Of a DNA stretch of 64,000 bases, positions 1-10,100 are shown piece after piece (the stretch's first letter is position 1; each line of letters begins with the position of its first letter). The stretch lies in IMG/VR virus record IMGVR_UViG_3300024346_000009. One strand, 5' to 3'. The notes under the pieces were generated by a model that saw nothing but the letters and a program-made list of their open reading frames with translations, was not told the DNA's origin and did not search any database. A program made the translations under genes and the position numbers. Source of the stretch: a virus.

Positions 1-10
1 AGTTAGCATA

Positions 11-256
11 ATGGCAAGAGTAGCAAGAATTGGTGATAAAGACACCAGGAATGACACGAAGAATATTGGAAGTTCTACCGTTTTTGCAAATGGGATTGGT
101 GTTGTTCGTATTGGAGATAGGGACACACGAATGGATACAATGGTAGAGGCAAGCTCTACTGTCTTTGCAAATGGAGTTAGGGTTTGTAGATTAGGAGATA
201 AGGACACAAGAAACGATAGTATCCGAGAGGGAAGCTCAGACGTGTTCGTGGGCTGA
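11..256 (+). CDS. PAAR-like tail spike tip protein (gp5.4-like)
   Basis: Three repeats of (V/A)xRxGD...(G/A)SSxVF(A/V)NG ending VFVG; directly upstream of gp25. Confidence 0.8.
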   Translation: MARVARIGDKDTRNDTKNIGSSTVFANGIGVVRIGDRDTRMDTMVEASSTVFANGVRVCRLGDKDTRNDSIREGSSDVFVG

Positions 257-264
257 TATAAATA
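257..264 (+). promoter_or_regulatory. T4-type late promoter
   Basis: TATAAATA between spike gene and gp25. Confidence 0.6.
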
Positions 265-269
265 TAAAC

Positions 270-665
270 ATGGCAACCAGAACTACAAGACAATACTCTG
301 ACTTTAACCTTCTCTTTACAAGACATCCCGTCACTGGAGATGTGGCAAAGAAGAATGATGAAGAATCAGTTAAAGCTTCTCTTAGGAATTTGATTTCTAC
401 GAAGCACTACGAGCGTCCCTTTCACCCTGAAATAGGGTGTCAAATATACAGTATGTTGTTCGAGAACTTTACCCCTGTAACAGTACAGGTTATGAAGCAA
501 ACCATTTTTGATGTAATTAACAAATTTGAACCAAGAGCTACAGTATTAGATGTTAATATTCGGGATAGATCAGATCAAAACCAGATTGATCTTGATATTA
601 TTTTTAGATTAAATAATTCAGATAAACCTATTACTTTAACAACCTTCATTACCCGAGTAAGATAA
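270..665 (+). CDS. gp25: Baseplate wedge subunit gp25
   Basis: YSDFNL..HP.TGD, ERPFHPEIG, FEPR motifs; precedes gp6. Confidence 0.92.
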   Translation: MATRTTRQYSDFNLLFTRHPVTGDVAKKNDEESVKASLRNLISTKHYERPFHPEIGCQIYSMLFENFTPVTVQVMKQTIFDVINKFEPRATVLDVNIRDRSDQNQIDLDIIFRLNNSDKPITLTTFITRVR

Positions 666-2512
666 TGTCAAATTTAAGAATTGCAGAGCTCGACTTTGAT
701 CAGATCAAGCTTAATTTAAAAACCTTCATGGAAGCTCAGGATGAGTTTACAGACTATGATTTTGAAGGATCCAGCCTATCGGTGTTAATGGATTTGTTAG
801 CTTATAATACTCATTATAATGCCTATCTCGCTAACATGTTAATGAATGAAATGTTTCTTGATTCTGCAGTTAAAAGATCTTCTGCTGTTTCTATTGCCAA
901 GCATTTGGGCTATACACCGACATCTGTTCGAGGTGCTGTAGCAGATTTAAGTGTAGTTATTACAAGCCCTACCGGTCTCCCTCCTACATTAACAATGGAT
1001 CGGTACACCCAGTTTACATCTACAATCGATGGTACAGCATTTACATTCTCTACAAATGCTGCAGCAACTGCACTTAGAGTTGGTACTACCTATACGTTTC
1101 CTTCTGTGGAGGCTATTGAAGGAAATGTCTTAGCATATAATTATGTTGCTACCGATATAACACCTGATACAAAGTATGAGATACCAAGCACCGGGGTTGA
1201 TACTACCACCCTACAGGTAACAGTACAGACGTCTGCAACAGATACAACAACAAGTATTTACAATCTTGCCACTGATATAACAGGTATTGATGGTACCTCA
1301 AAAATATTCTTTCTCGAACAAAACAGCCAGGAAAAATATCAAATATACTTTGGTGATGGTATTATTGGTAAAAGCCTAACCGCTGGTAATATTATTACCG
1401 TACGTTATATAGTATCCTCAGGAACATCAGCTAATGTATCTGGTACAACAAGCCAGTCTTTTACCGCATTGGGAAGTATTGGTGGTGCGGCCTCAGTAGC
1501 GGTTACTGTTAACAGTAACTCCTCTGGTGGTGCAGACGCTGAAAGCATTTCATCAATTAAGTTTAACGCACCAAAGGTAAATGCTGCAGGAAATAGGCTT
1601 GTGACAGCAGCAGATTATGAAGCGTTAATTACCGCCCAGTACACCAACTTTGAATCAGTATCGGTATGGGGAGGAGAAGAAAACGACCCACCTATCTACG
1701 GTAAAGTTATTATATCTTTGAAACCATTCAATGGGTATACTATTTCTGATGATACAAAAGATGCAATTATTAGAAACACGTTAACCAACAAAAAAGTATT
1801 AGCTATTCAACCTATGTTTGTTGACCCGGTGTATCTGTACATCAACCTTACGACAAACGTTACATATAATCCATCCATTACCACACTTACTGCAGATGGT
1901 GTAAAGGCATTAGTTGACGATGCCATTACTAATTATTTTTCAACTGAACTACAAAAATTTAATAAATCATACAATCAATCAACTTTAATCGGTAGTATCC
2001 GGGATGCAAACCCTGCAATTACATCTGTTAAATTAATTGAAAAATTGCAAAGAAGACTTACAGTTGTTTTAAATATACCAAATGTCTATAGCGCTGCCAC
2101 ATCTATTAAATATAGAAACTCTATTCAACCGGGCTATGTATCATCAAGTTACTTTTATGTGGTAGTTGGAGGTGTAAGTGTACTCGTACAAATCGTTGAT
2201 TCACCTGATGACTCACCTCCAGATATCAATGGAATGGGTACATTAAAACTTGTTAATGCTGTAACGGGGGCTACGGTAAACACCAACATAGGTACTGTAG
2301 ATTACAGGAATGGTATATTAAGTATAACCGAAATAACCCCTACAGGTTTCCCTGTCGATATTAAAGAAATAAACATTACGTGTGGTCTACAGACTACGGG
2401 TATAGATTTAAGTATATCTAAAAATGAAATCTTTGTTATTGACGACTCAACACTAAATGCTCTTGGTGGTCTAGCAGCAGGTGCTGTTATTAACATGACA
2501 GCAACAGTATAA
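665..2512 (+). CDS. gp6: Baseplate wedge subunit gp6
   Basis: ELDFDQIK, FTDYDFEGS, LAYNTHY, FLDSA..RSS, FGDG..G, WGGEEN.PP.YGKV. Confidence 0.93.
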   Translation: MSNLRIAELDFDQIKLNLKTFMEAQDEFTDYDFEGSSLSVLMDLLAYNTHYNAYLANMLMNEMFLDSAVKRSSAVSIAKHLGYTPTSVRGAVADLSVVITSPTGLPPTLTMDRYTQFTSTIDGTAFTFSTNAAATALRVGTTYTFPSVEAIEGNVLAYNYVATDITPDTKYEIPSTGVDTTTLQVTVQTSATDTTTSIYNLATDITGIDGTSKIFFLEQNSQEKYQIYFGDGIIGKSLTAGNIITVRYIVSSGTSANVSGTTSQSFTALGSIGGAASVAVTVNSNSSGGADAESISSIKFNAPKVNAAGNRLVTAADYEALITAQYTNFESVSVWGGEENDPPIYGKVIISLKPFNGYTISDDTKDAIIRNTLTNKKVLAIQPMFVDPVYLYINLTTNVTYNPSITTLTADGVKALVDDAITNYFSTELQKFNKSYNQSTLIGSIRDANPAITSVKLIEKLQRRLTVVLNIPNVYSAATSIKYRNSIQPGYVSSSYFYVVVGGVSVLVQIVDSPDDSPPDINGMGTLKLVNAVTGATVNTNIGTVDYRNGILSITEITPTGFPVDIKEINITCGLQTTGIDLSISKNEIFVIDDSTLNALGGLAAGAVINMTATV

Positions 2513-2515
2513 GCA

Positions 2516-4513
2516 ATGGCTACAACAAGAATTCGGGATAAGATATCGACGCTGGTTAGAAACCAGCTGCCGGAGTTTATTCGTTCCGATTACCCACTTT
2601 TTGTAACATTTATTGAAGCCTATTATCGATTTCTAGAACAAGATCAAGGTGCTCTTGAAATTGTACAGAATGCTAAGTCATACAACGATATCGATGTAAC
2701 GGCTGAGTCTTTTGTTAATTATTTTCTTGCTAATTATGCACAAAATATTCCACACTCTGTATTAACTAATAAAAGATTAGTTATAAAGCGGGTTCGTGAC
2801 TTATATGAATCTAAAGGTAGTGAGATATCTTTTAAGCTACTATTTCAACTTCTTTACAACGAACCGGTATCGCTTAGTTACCCATACGATAATGTACTAC
2901 GAGCTTCTGCTGGTACATGGGTGCAAAAAACTACCGTTCGTGTACTAATGTCTGAGGGTAGTGCTGAGGATATTGCAGATCGATATCTCGATTTAACTAA
3001 AAATAATTTAAACTATCGCACATCTATAATTAATGTCAAATTAATTATACCAGATTTATATGAACTAACTTTAAACCAGAATGAACTTGGTCCATTTGAA
3101 GTAGATGATGTTGTTACAGTTAATGACGGGAGTGACATTATTTTTGAAGGTGCTATTTCAGGTACAACATCTGGACATACTGTACTTACACCGGGACAAA
3201 ACTTTAGAGTAGCTCAAATATTTAACGTTAATATTGGCGGTGCGATAGGTACCCAGCTTCAAGTACTCGCAGTTGATAGTAATGGTGGTATTACAAAGAT
3301 AAGAATTATAAGTTTTGGATACAATTTTGATAGGGATGTAAGTGTTAACTTGTATGCAAATAGTAGTATTGCAACAGTTACACAAGGTAAAAAATCAAAC
3401 ACTTTAGGGTTTGTAGATAGGCTTAGAATTTTAGGTGGATTTAGTGTAGGGGACCCTAATCGATATTTTGACACAGACTATAACACAGATGCAGGATTAC
3501 CGTATACTGGTAAGTCCTTTGGTGATGTAAGTACAACAACAACAGTATCAGCGGGGACAGCTGATACAGATATTGACGACACAATTGCTACTGTCTCATT
3601 AAGATTAGGAGCCATTGGTAGATTTCCTGGCGCGCACACTACAAATAAAGGATTCTTATCAGATGATGTAATTAGACTGCCTGACGATAAACTTTATCAA
3701 CCATTTGCATACCAAACAGAATCAACTTTAGAAATTTCTACTTTTTATGATGTTGTGCAGAAACTTATACACCCCGCAGGGCAAAAGCTGTATAACACTC
3801 GCGTTCTAGAAAACAGTATAGATGTGACTGCAAATGTCAGTGTGGTATCTAGTTCGAACATATTTACAGAGTTACGAGACGTATTTACAACACTTGAAAC
3901 AACAAGCTGGCATCTCACAAAACCATTAAGCGATGAAGGTACAGTTACAGAGAGTAAAGTCATTACGCTGTACACAGGCTACGCTGATGGTATTTTTGTT
4001 GATGAAACTGCTAGTTTAAATACAAGTGTAAGTAAAACAGACGATGTTAATATTGTTGATTCTATAACCAATCTACTAATAACCCTTCACATTAACCCGT
4101 TTGACCAAGCAGGTACTGAATCAGTTGCGTCAGTAGAAGACGCACCATACATAGTTTTCTTGGTCGCAATGGTTCCTGATTATGCCAGCGCAACTGATGT
4201 ACCGGTTATAAATTTTACCGCAGCCTATACCGATGAGACCGTTATATTAGACACAGCAGTTAACACAATACAAAAATTACTTGAGGATTCTATAGAGGTA
4301 ACTGAGTCATTAAGCGCTAATACTATAAAGCCCTTATCAGATGAAATTATTACTGATGAAGAGCATGCTAAGGCTATTAATTCTAGTATAAATAATACCG
4401 ATAGCATACTTACAGCAACTGATACAGCGTCATATATAGTATTAGACTATGCAGACCCTGCAGAAATATACTTTGATGAATCATATGCTGGTTCAATATA
4501 TCCATTAACATAA
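2516..4513 (+). CDS. Baseplate wedge initiator, gp7-like, with acidic repeat C-terminal extension
   Basis: QLPEFI..DYP.FV.FIEAYY, Y.SKGS..S.KLLF, YQPFAY...HPAG motifs; follows gp6. Confidence 0.7.
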   Translation: MATTRIRDKISTLVRNQLPEFIRSDYPLFVTFIEAYYRFLEQDQGALEIVQNAKSYNDIDVTAESFVNYFLANYAQNIPHSVLTNKRLVIKRVRDLYESKGSEISFKLLFQLLYNEPVSLSYPYDNVLRASAGTWVQKTTVRVLMSEGSAEDIADRYLDLTKNNLNYRTSIINVKLIIPDLYELTLNQNELGPFEVDDVVTVNDGSDIIFEGAISGTTSGHTVLTPGQNFRVAQIFNVNIGGAIGTQLQVLAVDSNGGITKIRIISFGYNFDRDVSVNLYANSSIATVTQGKKSNTLGFVDRLRILGGFSVGDPNRYFDTDYNTDAGLPYTGKSFGDVSTTTTVSAGTADTDIDDTIATVSLRLGAIGRFPGAHTTNKGFLSDDVIRLPDDKLYQPFAYQTESTLEISTFYDVVQKLIHPAGQKLYNTRVLENSIDVTANVSVVSSSNIFTELRDVFTTLETTSWHLTKPLSDEGTVTESKVITLYTGYADGIFVDETASLNTSVSKTDDVNIVDSITNLLITLHINPFDQAGTESVASVEDAPYIVFLVAMVPDYASATDVPVINFTAAYTDETVILDTAVNTIQKLLEDSIEVTESLSANTIKPLSDEIITDEEHAKAINSSINNTDSILTATDTASYIVLDYADPAEIYFDESYAGSIYPLT

Positions 4514-4528
4514 ACATAAGGAAAAAAC

Positions 4529-4978
4529 ATGTTTACAGAGTCAATCGCCTTAAGTGGCAAATTAAAAATTGTAGTACTTGATCAATTCGGTAGTACGAAG
4601 GATGAAAGAGATTTAGATAACCTGGTAGTAACAACAGGTAAAAACGTTATAGCTTCTAGAATGGCTGGTAACACCACCGCTCTTATGAGTCGAATGGGTG
4701 TTGGTACCGGTAGTACTGCTGCCCTTGTTTCTGATACTTCACTCGGTGCTGCTATAGCATCGGGTAATGTTGTCTTAGATTCTTCAACAGCATCAAACAA
4801 CACTATTACATATGTAGCTACATTTCCTGCAGGTACAGGAACAGGTGCTATCACAGAAGCTGGTATCTTTAATGGGTACCCTGGTGTAGGTTCTATGCTT
4901 TGTAGAACAGTATTTTCTGTAGTTAACAAAGGCGCTAGTGACGTTATTGTTATTACCTGGACTGTAAGTATTTCCTAA
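4529..4978 (+). CDS. Virion structural protein (tail-collar/baseplate adaptor type)
   Basis: NLVVTTG, GAITEAGIFN, MLCRTVFSVVNK, ITW motifs typical of phage tail-collar-like proteins. Confidence 0.55.
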   Translation: MFTESIALSGKLKIVVLDQFGSTKDERDLDNLVVTTGKNVIASRMAGNTTALMSRMGVGTGSTAALVSDTSLGAAIASGNVVLDSSTASNNTITYVATFPAGTGTGAITEAGIFNGYPGVGSMLCRTVFSVVNKGASDVIVITWTVSIS

Positions 4979-4979
4979 T

Positions 4980-7112
4980 ATGTCTTTTTTACTTAAAGAT
5001 ATCTTCCATACATCGCTTGCGGAAACGGTATACGAAGATATTATAGCAGGTCGCTCGATCTACCATTACTTTATAGGTAGGACGTTGGTGTGGGGGGATG
5101 AGGTGACCCCAGAATCCCCTGAGTCTGCTGATAGTTATGAATATGATACTCGTAACAGTATCTTAAGTATAAAGAAAATTAAATCTACAGATATCTCTTT
5201 GGTTGTACCACGTCGCGACTGGGTCACCGGGTCTATATACGATCAGTATGACGGTGAGTACTCAGCAGACTATCCTGCCACCTCTGGCGCAACCAGTATA
5301 AAGGCAGCAACATTTTATGTATTAAATTCAGCATTTAATGTTTATAAATGTTTAGACAACAACAATGGTGCTGCGTCTACATCAGAGCCTACCGGGACTG
5401 ATTTTACTTCATCAACTTATGCCGATGGTTATATTTGGAAATATCTTTATACCATACCACTCTCGCTAAAGAATAGATTTCTTACATCTACATACATGCC
5501 AGTTCAAAAATCAATTCAAAACCAGTATTATTCCGGTGGTGAGGTTGATTTAGTTGTTGTTGATTCTCCTGGCACAGGATATCTTGGTAATGCTGCTGTA
5601 ACACTGACCGTCAATGGTAGGTTTAACAGCGGCACAGGTAATATAACAGCCACATTAAGACCGGTGTTAAACGAGACAGGCCAATTTATAGATGTACTAG
5701 TTGATAATGCTGGAGGTAACTACAGTAATGCCTCTATTGTGATTAATGATACCCGAGGCACTGGTACAAGCTACTACAAGGGATTGAGCAACGTTCTAAT
5801 ATCTAACGTTGGTGCTTCTTACTCAGCAGCTGCAATCGCCAACACTGCTGTGTCCATGGTGACTACAGGAAGTAGTCAGCCAGGGTCAAATGCTAGAGTA
5901 ACTCTAAATTTTAGCAACGCGTTTTTATCTGGTGTTACGATCGTTAATAGGGGTAGTGGGTATAATACTGCAGTTATTGCTAATACAACTTTAAGTATAA
6001 CAACTACTGGTAATTCACAACCAACTATAAACGCCCAGGTAACACCGTTCTTTACAAGTACAGCTGTTTTAACACCAGTTATATACAATAACCAAATTAG
6101 TAAAGTACTTATTGAAGACCAGGGTATTGATTACAGCGCAAACAACCAAACGTTTATAAATTTAATTGGAGATGGCACAGGTGCTGCTCTTACACCATTT
6201 GTAAATGCCGCAGGTCAAGTTGAAGATATAATTATTGAATCTAGAGGCAGTGGTTATACATACCTTGATGTTCAAATTGTAGGTGATGGTACAGGTGCTA
6301 ACGCTTATGTTGATTTATCAACCGGGGATTTAAATACTCAGCAAAGTACTGTAGAGTTGTCTGCAGTAGACGGAGCTATTCACGCTTTGAGAGTAACGGC
6401 TGCAGGTAATAATTACACCACAGCATCTATTTCCCTAACAGGAGATGGAAGTGGATTTGTGGGTACACCAGTTATCTATAATAATACTATAAGTTCAATT
6501 ACTGTAACTAACCCAGGATCGGGGTACACATTTGCAGATGTTACCCTAACAGGTTCAGCAGGAAGCGGTAATGCTAATGTTACAGCTATTCTTTCACCTG
6601 CCGGGGGCCATGGGCTTAATCCTGTTAGAGAGTTATTTGCTGATGCTATTATGTTGTTTTCAACTATTAATGATGAAAAAAATCAAGGCATTTCTATTGT
6701 AAATGATTACAGGCAGTTTGGTGTTATTAAAGATGTAACCCAATATTCTAATTCTAAGATATTTGCAAATATTACAGGTAGTTCAAGCTTTTTAATATCA
6801 GTTAATTCGGTTGGCTCTCTAGCTAGAGATACAGTTCTGCAACTAGCTAGTGATACATCTAGAGAATTTGATGTAATTGAAACTGTTACAACTACAAATC
6901 AAATTTTACTTAATTCTAAAAACAACTATATTCCACAAGAAGATGATGTACTAAATGATGTTATTACTAATATTGACTACACTGTTGTATCAATAGATAG
7001 ACACCCCACTATAAATAAGTTCAGTGGTGAGTTGCTGTACGTGGATAATAGAACAGCGGTAAGCTACAGTGATGAACAGCTTGTAAAGTTAAGAACAGTA
7101 ATAAAATTATAA
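4980..7112 (+). CDS. gp8: Baseplate wedge subunit gp8 with inserted GSGY repeat modules
   Basis: VYKCLDNNNG..ST.EPT, DGYIWKYLYTI, NDYRQFG, SGELLYVDNR, C-terminal RTVIKL. Confidence 0.82.
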   Translation: MSFLLKDIFHTSLAETVYEDIIAGRSIYHYFIGRTLVWGDEVTPESPESADSYEYDTRNSILSIKKIKSTDISLVVPRRDWVTGSIYDQYDGEYSADYPATSGATSIKAATFYVLNSAFNVYKCLDNNNGAASTSEPTGTDFTSSTYADGYIWKYLYTIPLSLKNRFLTSTYMPVQKSIQNQYYSGGEVDLVVVDSPGTGYLGNAAVTLTVNGRFNSGTGNITATLRPVLNETGQFIDVLVDNAGGNYSNASIVINDTRGTGTSYYKGLSNVLISNVGASYSAAAIANTAVSMVTTGSSQPGSNARVTLNFSNAFLSGVTIVNRGSGYNTAVIANTTLSITTTGNSQPTINAQVTPFFTSTAVLTPVIYNNQISKVLIEDQGIDYSANNQTFINLIGDGTGAALTPFVNAAGQVEDIIIESRGSGYTYLDVQIVGDGTGANAYVDLSTGDLNTQQSTVELSAVDGAIHALRVTAAGNNYTTASISLTGDGSGFVGTPVIYNNTISSITVTNPGSGYTFADVTLTGSAGSGNANVTAILSPAGGHGLNPVRELFADAIMLFSTINDEKNQGISIVNDYRQFGVIKDVTQYSNSKIFANITGSSSFLISVNSVGSLARDTVLQLASDTSREFDVIETVTTTNQILLNSKNNYIPQEDDVLNDVITNIDYTVVSIDRHPTINKFSGELLYVDNRTAVSYSDEQLVKLRTVIKL
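7010..7017 (+). promoter_or_regulatory. T4-type late promoter
   Basis: TATAAATA near the end of gp8, about 105 nt before the next gene. Confidence 0.55.
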
Positions 7113-7122
7113 TAGGTAAAAG

Positions 7123-10100
7123 ATGGCAATTAATTTCAATACCAGCCCGTACTACGATGATTTCGCTGAAAGCGATAACTTCCATCGTATATTATTTAAA
7201 CCGGGCGCAGCTGTTCAAGCCAGAGAGCTAACACAACTTCAGACAATTCTCCAAAATCAAATTGCTAGATTTGGTCAGAATATATTTAAAGAGGGATCGG
7301 TAGTTATTCCCGGCCAACAAATGTTTGATAAGTTTTACAGCTACGTAAAACTAACCGATACATACAACACCACCAATTCGGATGAAATGATAGTTGATCT
7401 GGTTGGAGCCATTGTAACAGGTCAAACAACAGGTGTAACAGCACGGGTTGTAAATTACGCGGTTGCAACCACTACAGACCCATCCACCATTTACGTTAAG
7501 TACACGGGTTCAGGTACAGATAAAGAAACTGCAGTATTTGCTAATGGAGAAGTTTTATCGTTTACATACGGAACTAATAGTACTACAACACTTCAAGCTG
7601 CAGCCTCTTCTGCTACCGGTAAGGGTGTTTCATTCGCTGTGGCGGCAGGTGTTATTTTTATTAAGGGTGCTTTTGTATACTTTGCAGATGAAACAATAAT
7701 TATTTCCAAGTATAGTGACAGTCCCAGTCAATCTGTTGGCTTTTTAATTACAGAAGATATTATAACATCGGATGAAAGTGATGCATTACTAGATCCTGCT
7801 GTTGGCTCTTATAATTATTTTGCACCTGGCTCAGACCGTTATCATATTGGGCTATCCCTTCAAGCAAGAACGTTTCCTGAAGCCAGTACAGCTGACAGCA
7901 ACTATGTAGAGCTCTCGAGAATAGAAGATGGCGTAACAATATATCAAAAACTAGTTTCAGAGTACAACGTCCTTGGTGATACTCTTGCTCGTAGAACATT
8001 TGATGAATCGGGTAATTATGTAGTTAAACAATATAATCTTGAAAATATTGAACATTTAAGAACAACAACTACAGGTGTACGAGATGGTCTCTATTCTGCA
8101 AATGGTGGTGGTAACTCAAGTCTAATCGCCAGCGTTATTTCTCCTGGAAAAGCATACGTGCTTGGGTATGAGTTAGAGAATATTAAAACCAAATATGTAG
8201 CCAGCACAAAAGCTAGAGACTTTGTTGAAGTTAATAACAGTACCGTGTCTACCCTAATTGGTAATTACATAACACTTTCAAACCCATACTCCATCCCTGA
8301 TCTAGCTACACTTGATACTGTTGACCTCTATAACCGATATACGACTACATCAGGAAGCACCTCTGGTACAAAAGTAGGTACGGCGCGAATTCGTGCTATT
8401 GAATACATTTCTGGTACAAACTATACAGCCTACCTCTTTGATATTAATATGCTTACCGGCTATTCTTTTACTAAAGATGTTAAGCATGTATATTATAACA
8501 ACGCCGGGTTCGTAGATTTTACATCCAACATCTCACCAACTCTTGCCACCATTACTGGTACTGTTTCCACTACAAATGCTAGCAATATTATTACAGGTAT
8601 TGGTACAAAGTTTAATACAGATCTAAGAGCTAATGACTATGTAACTATCAATGGTAATGTTTCTATTATTAGTTACGTTGTGAGTGATACGACAGTTTAT
8701 GCTGGTGCAAATTTGGTCGGCAATATTGCTGGAATTAGCGCATCAAAACATACTGCTGTTATAACAAATACTTCATTGGAGAATGATCCAACTTATTTGT
8801 TTGAATTCCCATTCTCTACAATTAAAACAGTTGACCCAACTAACGTTGAAACATCATTCCATACAAAGCGTATATATGATAGAACGTTAAGTGTAGGTAA
8901 TGTATCTATAACAGCAGGAACAGATGAAGTGTTTGCTCCTTATGCAGCAACCAGCTACACTGTTGTAAATAAGACCGATGGATCATATATTGATCTTACA
9001 GGTAAGATTACTCGGTCAGGTTCCCCAACAGGTAAGATCGCTTCATTTGCACTCGGTGGTGGGTTAGGTTCAAACGATGTACGAATTATTGCTACAGTAG
9101 CAAAGACAAACTCTGCTGCAGATAAGAAAACAAAGACAATTGTACTAAGTTCTACTGTAGACTTTACAAGCAACATTACTGCAACTGCAACAGTGTTATC
9201 CCTTGGTCAAGCAGATATCTACGCTGTATCTAATATAAAAATGTCATCTAATGCATTTGGTACAGCCTATCTTGAAACCAATGCAATAGATATCACCTCA
9301 CGTTATACTATTGATAATGGTCAAAGAGCTTCACATTACGCTGTTGGTAAGGCTGTACTAAAGCCTGGACAACCTACTCCAATTGGGCCTGTAAGAATTA
9401 CCTTTGATTACTTTACCCACTCTAGCGGTGATTATTTCTCCGTTAACTCGTATAGTGATATTGATTATAAAGATATACCAACATTTACCTCGGGTGCTAA
9501 GACATACCAGCTAAGAGACTGTTTAGACTTTAGGCCTAGAATGGATACAAATGGGACAACGTTTACAAGTCCATCTGAATTCTTAGATCAAAGCGTCGAT
9601 GTTCTTACCGACTATAGCTACTACTTACCTAGAACAGATAAAATTGTTTTAAATTCAGCTGGTGAAATCTCCTCTATACGAGGAGTTAGCTCCCTTACCC
9701 CTCAAGAGCCTGCAACACCTCAAAACTCAATAGCACTATTCATCCTTGCGCAGAAGCCTTACGTGTTTGATGTGAAGAATGACATTAATGTAACGGTTGT
9801 GGATAACAGGCGTTATACGATGAAGGATATAGGTAGACTTGAAAATCGAATTAAAACACTTGAATACTATACTACACTTTCATTGTTAGAAACAGACACA
9901 TCCTTATATCAGGTTAAAGATACTCTTGGCTTTGATAGATTCAAAAATGGATTTGTTGTCGATAACTTTACCGGTCATAAGGTTGGTAATGCACTAGATA
10001 CAGACTATAAGATATCAATGGATTTTACCAATGGTGTTTTGCGACCACAGTTTGAACAAAGGAATTTTAGACTTAAAGAAATTTCTACTACAACCGGTCA

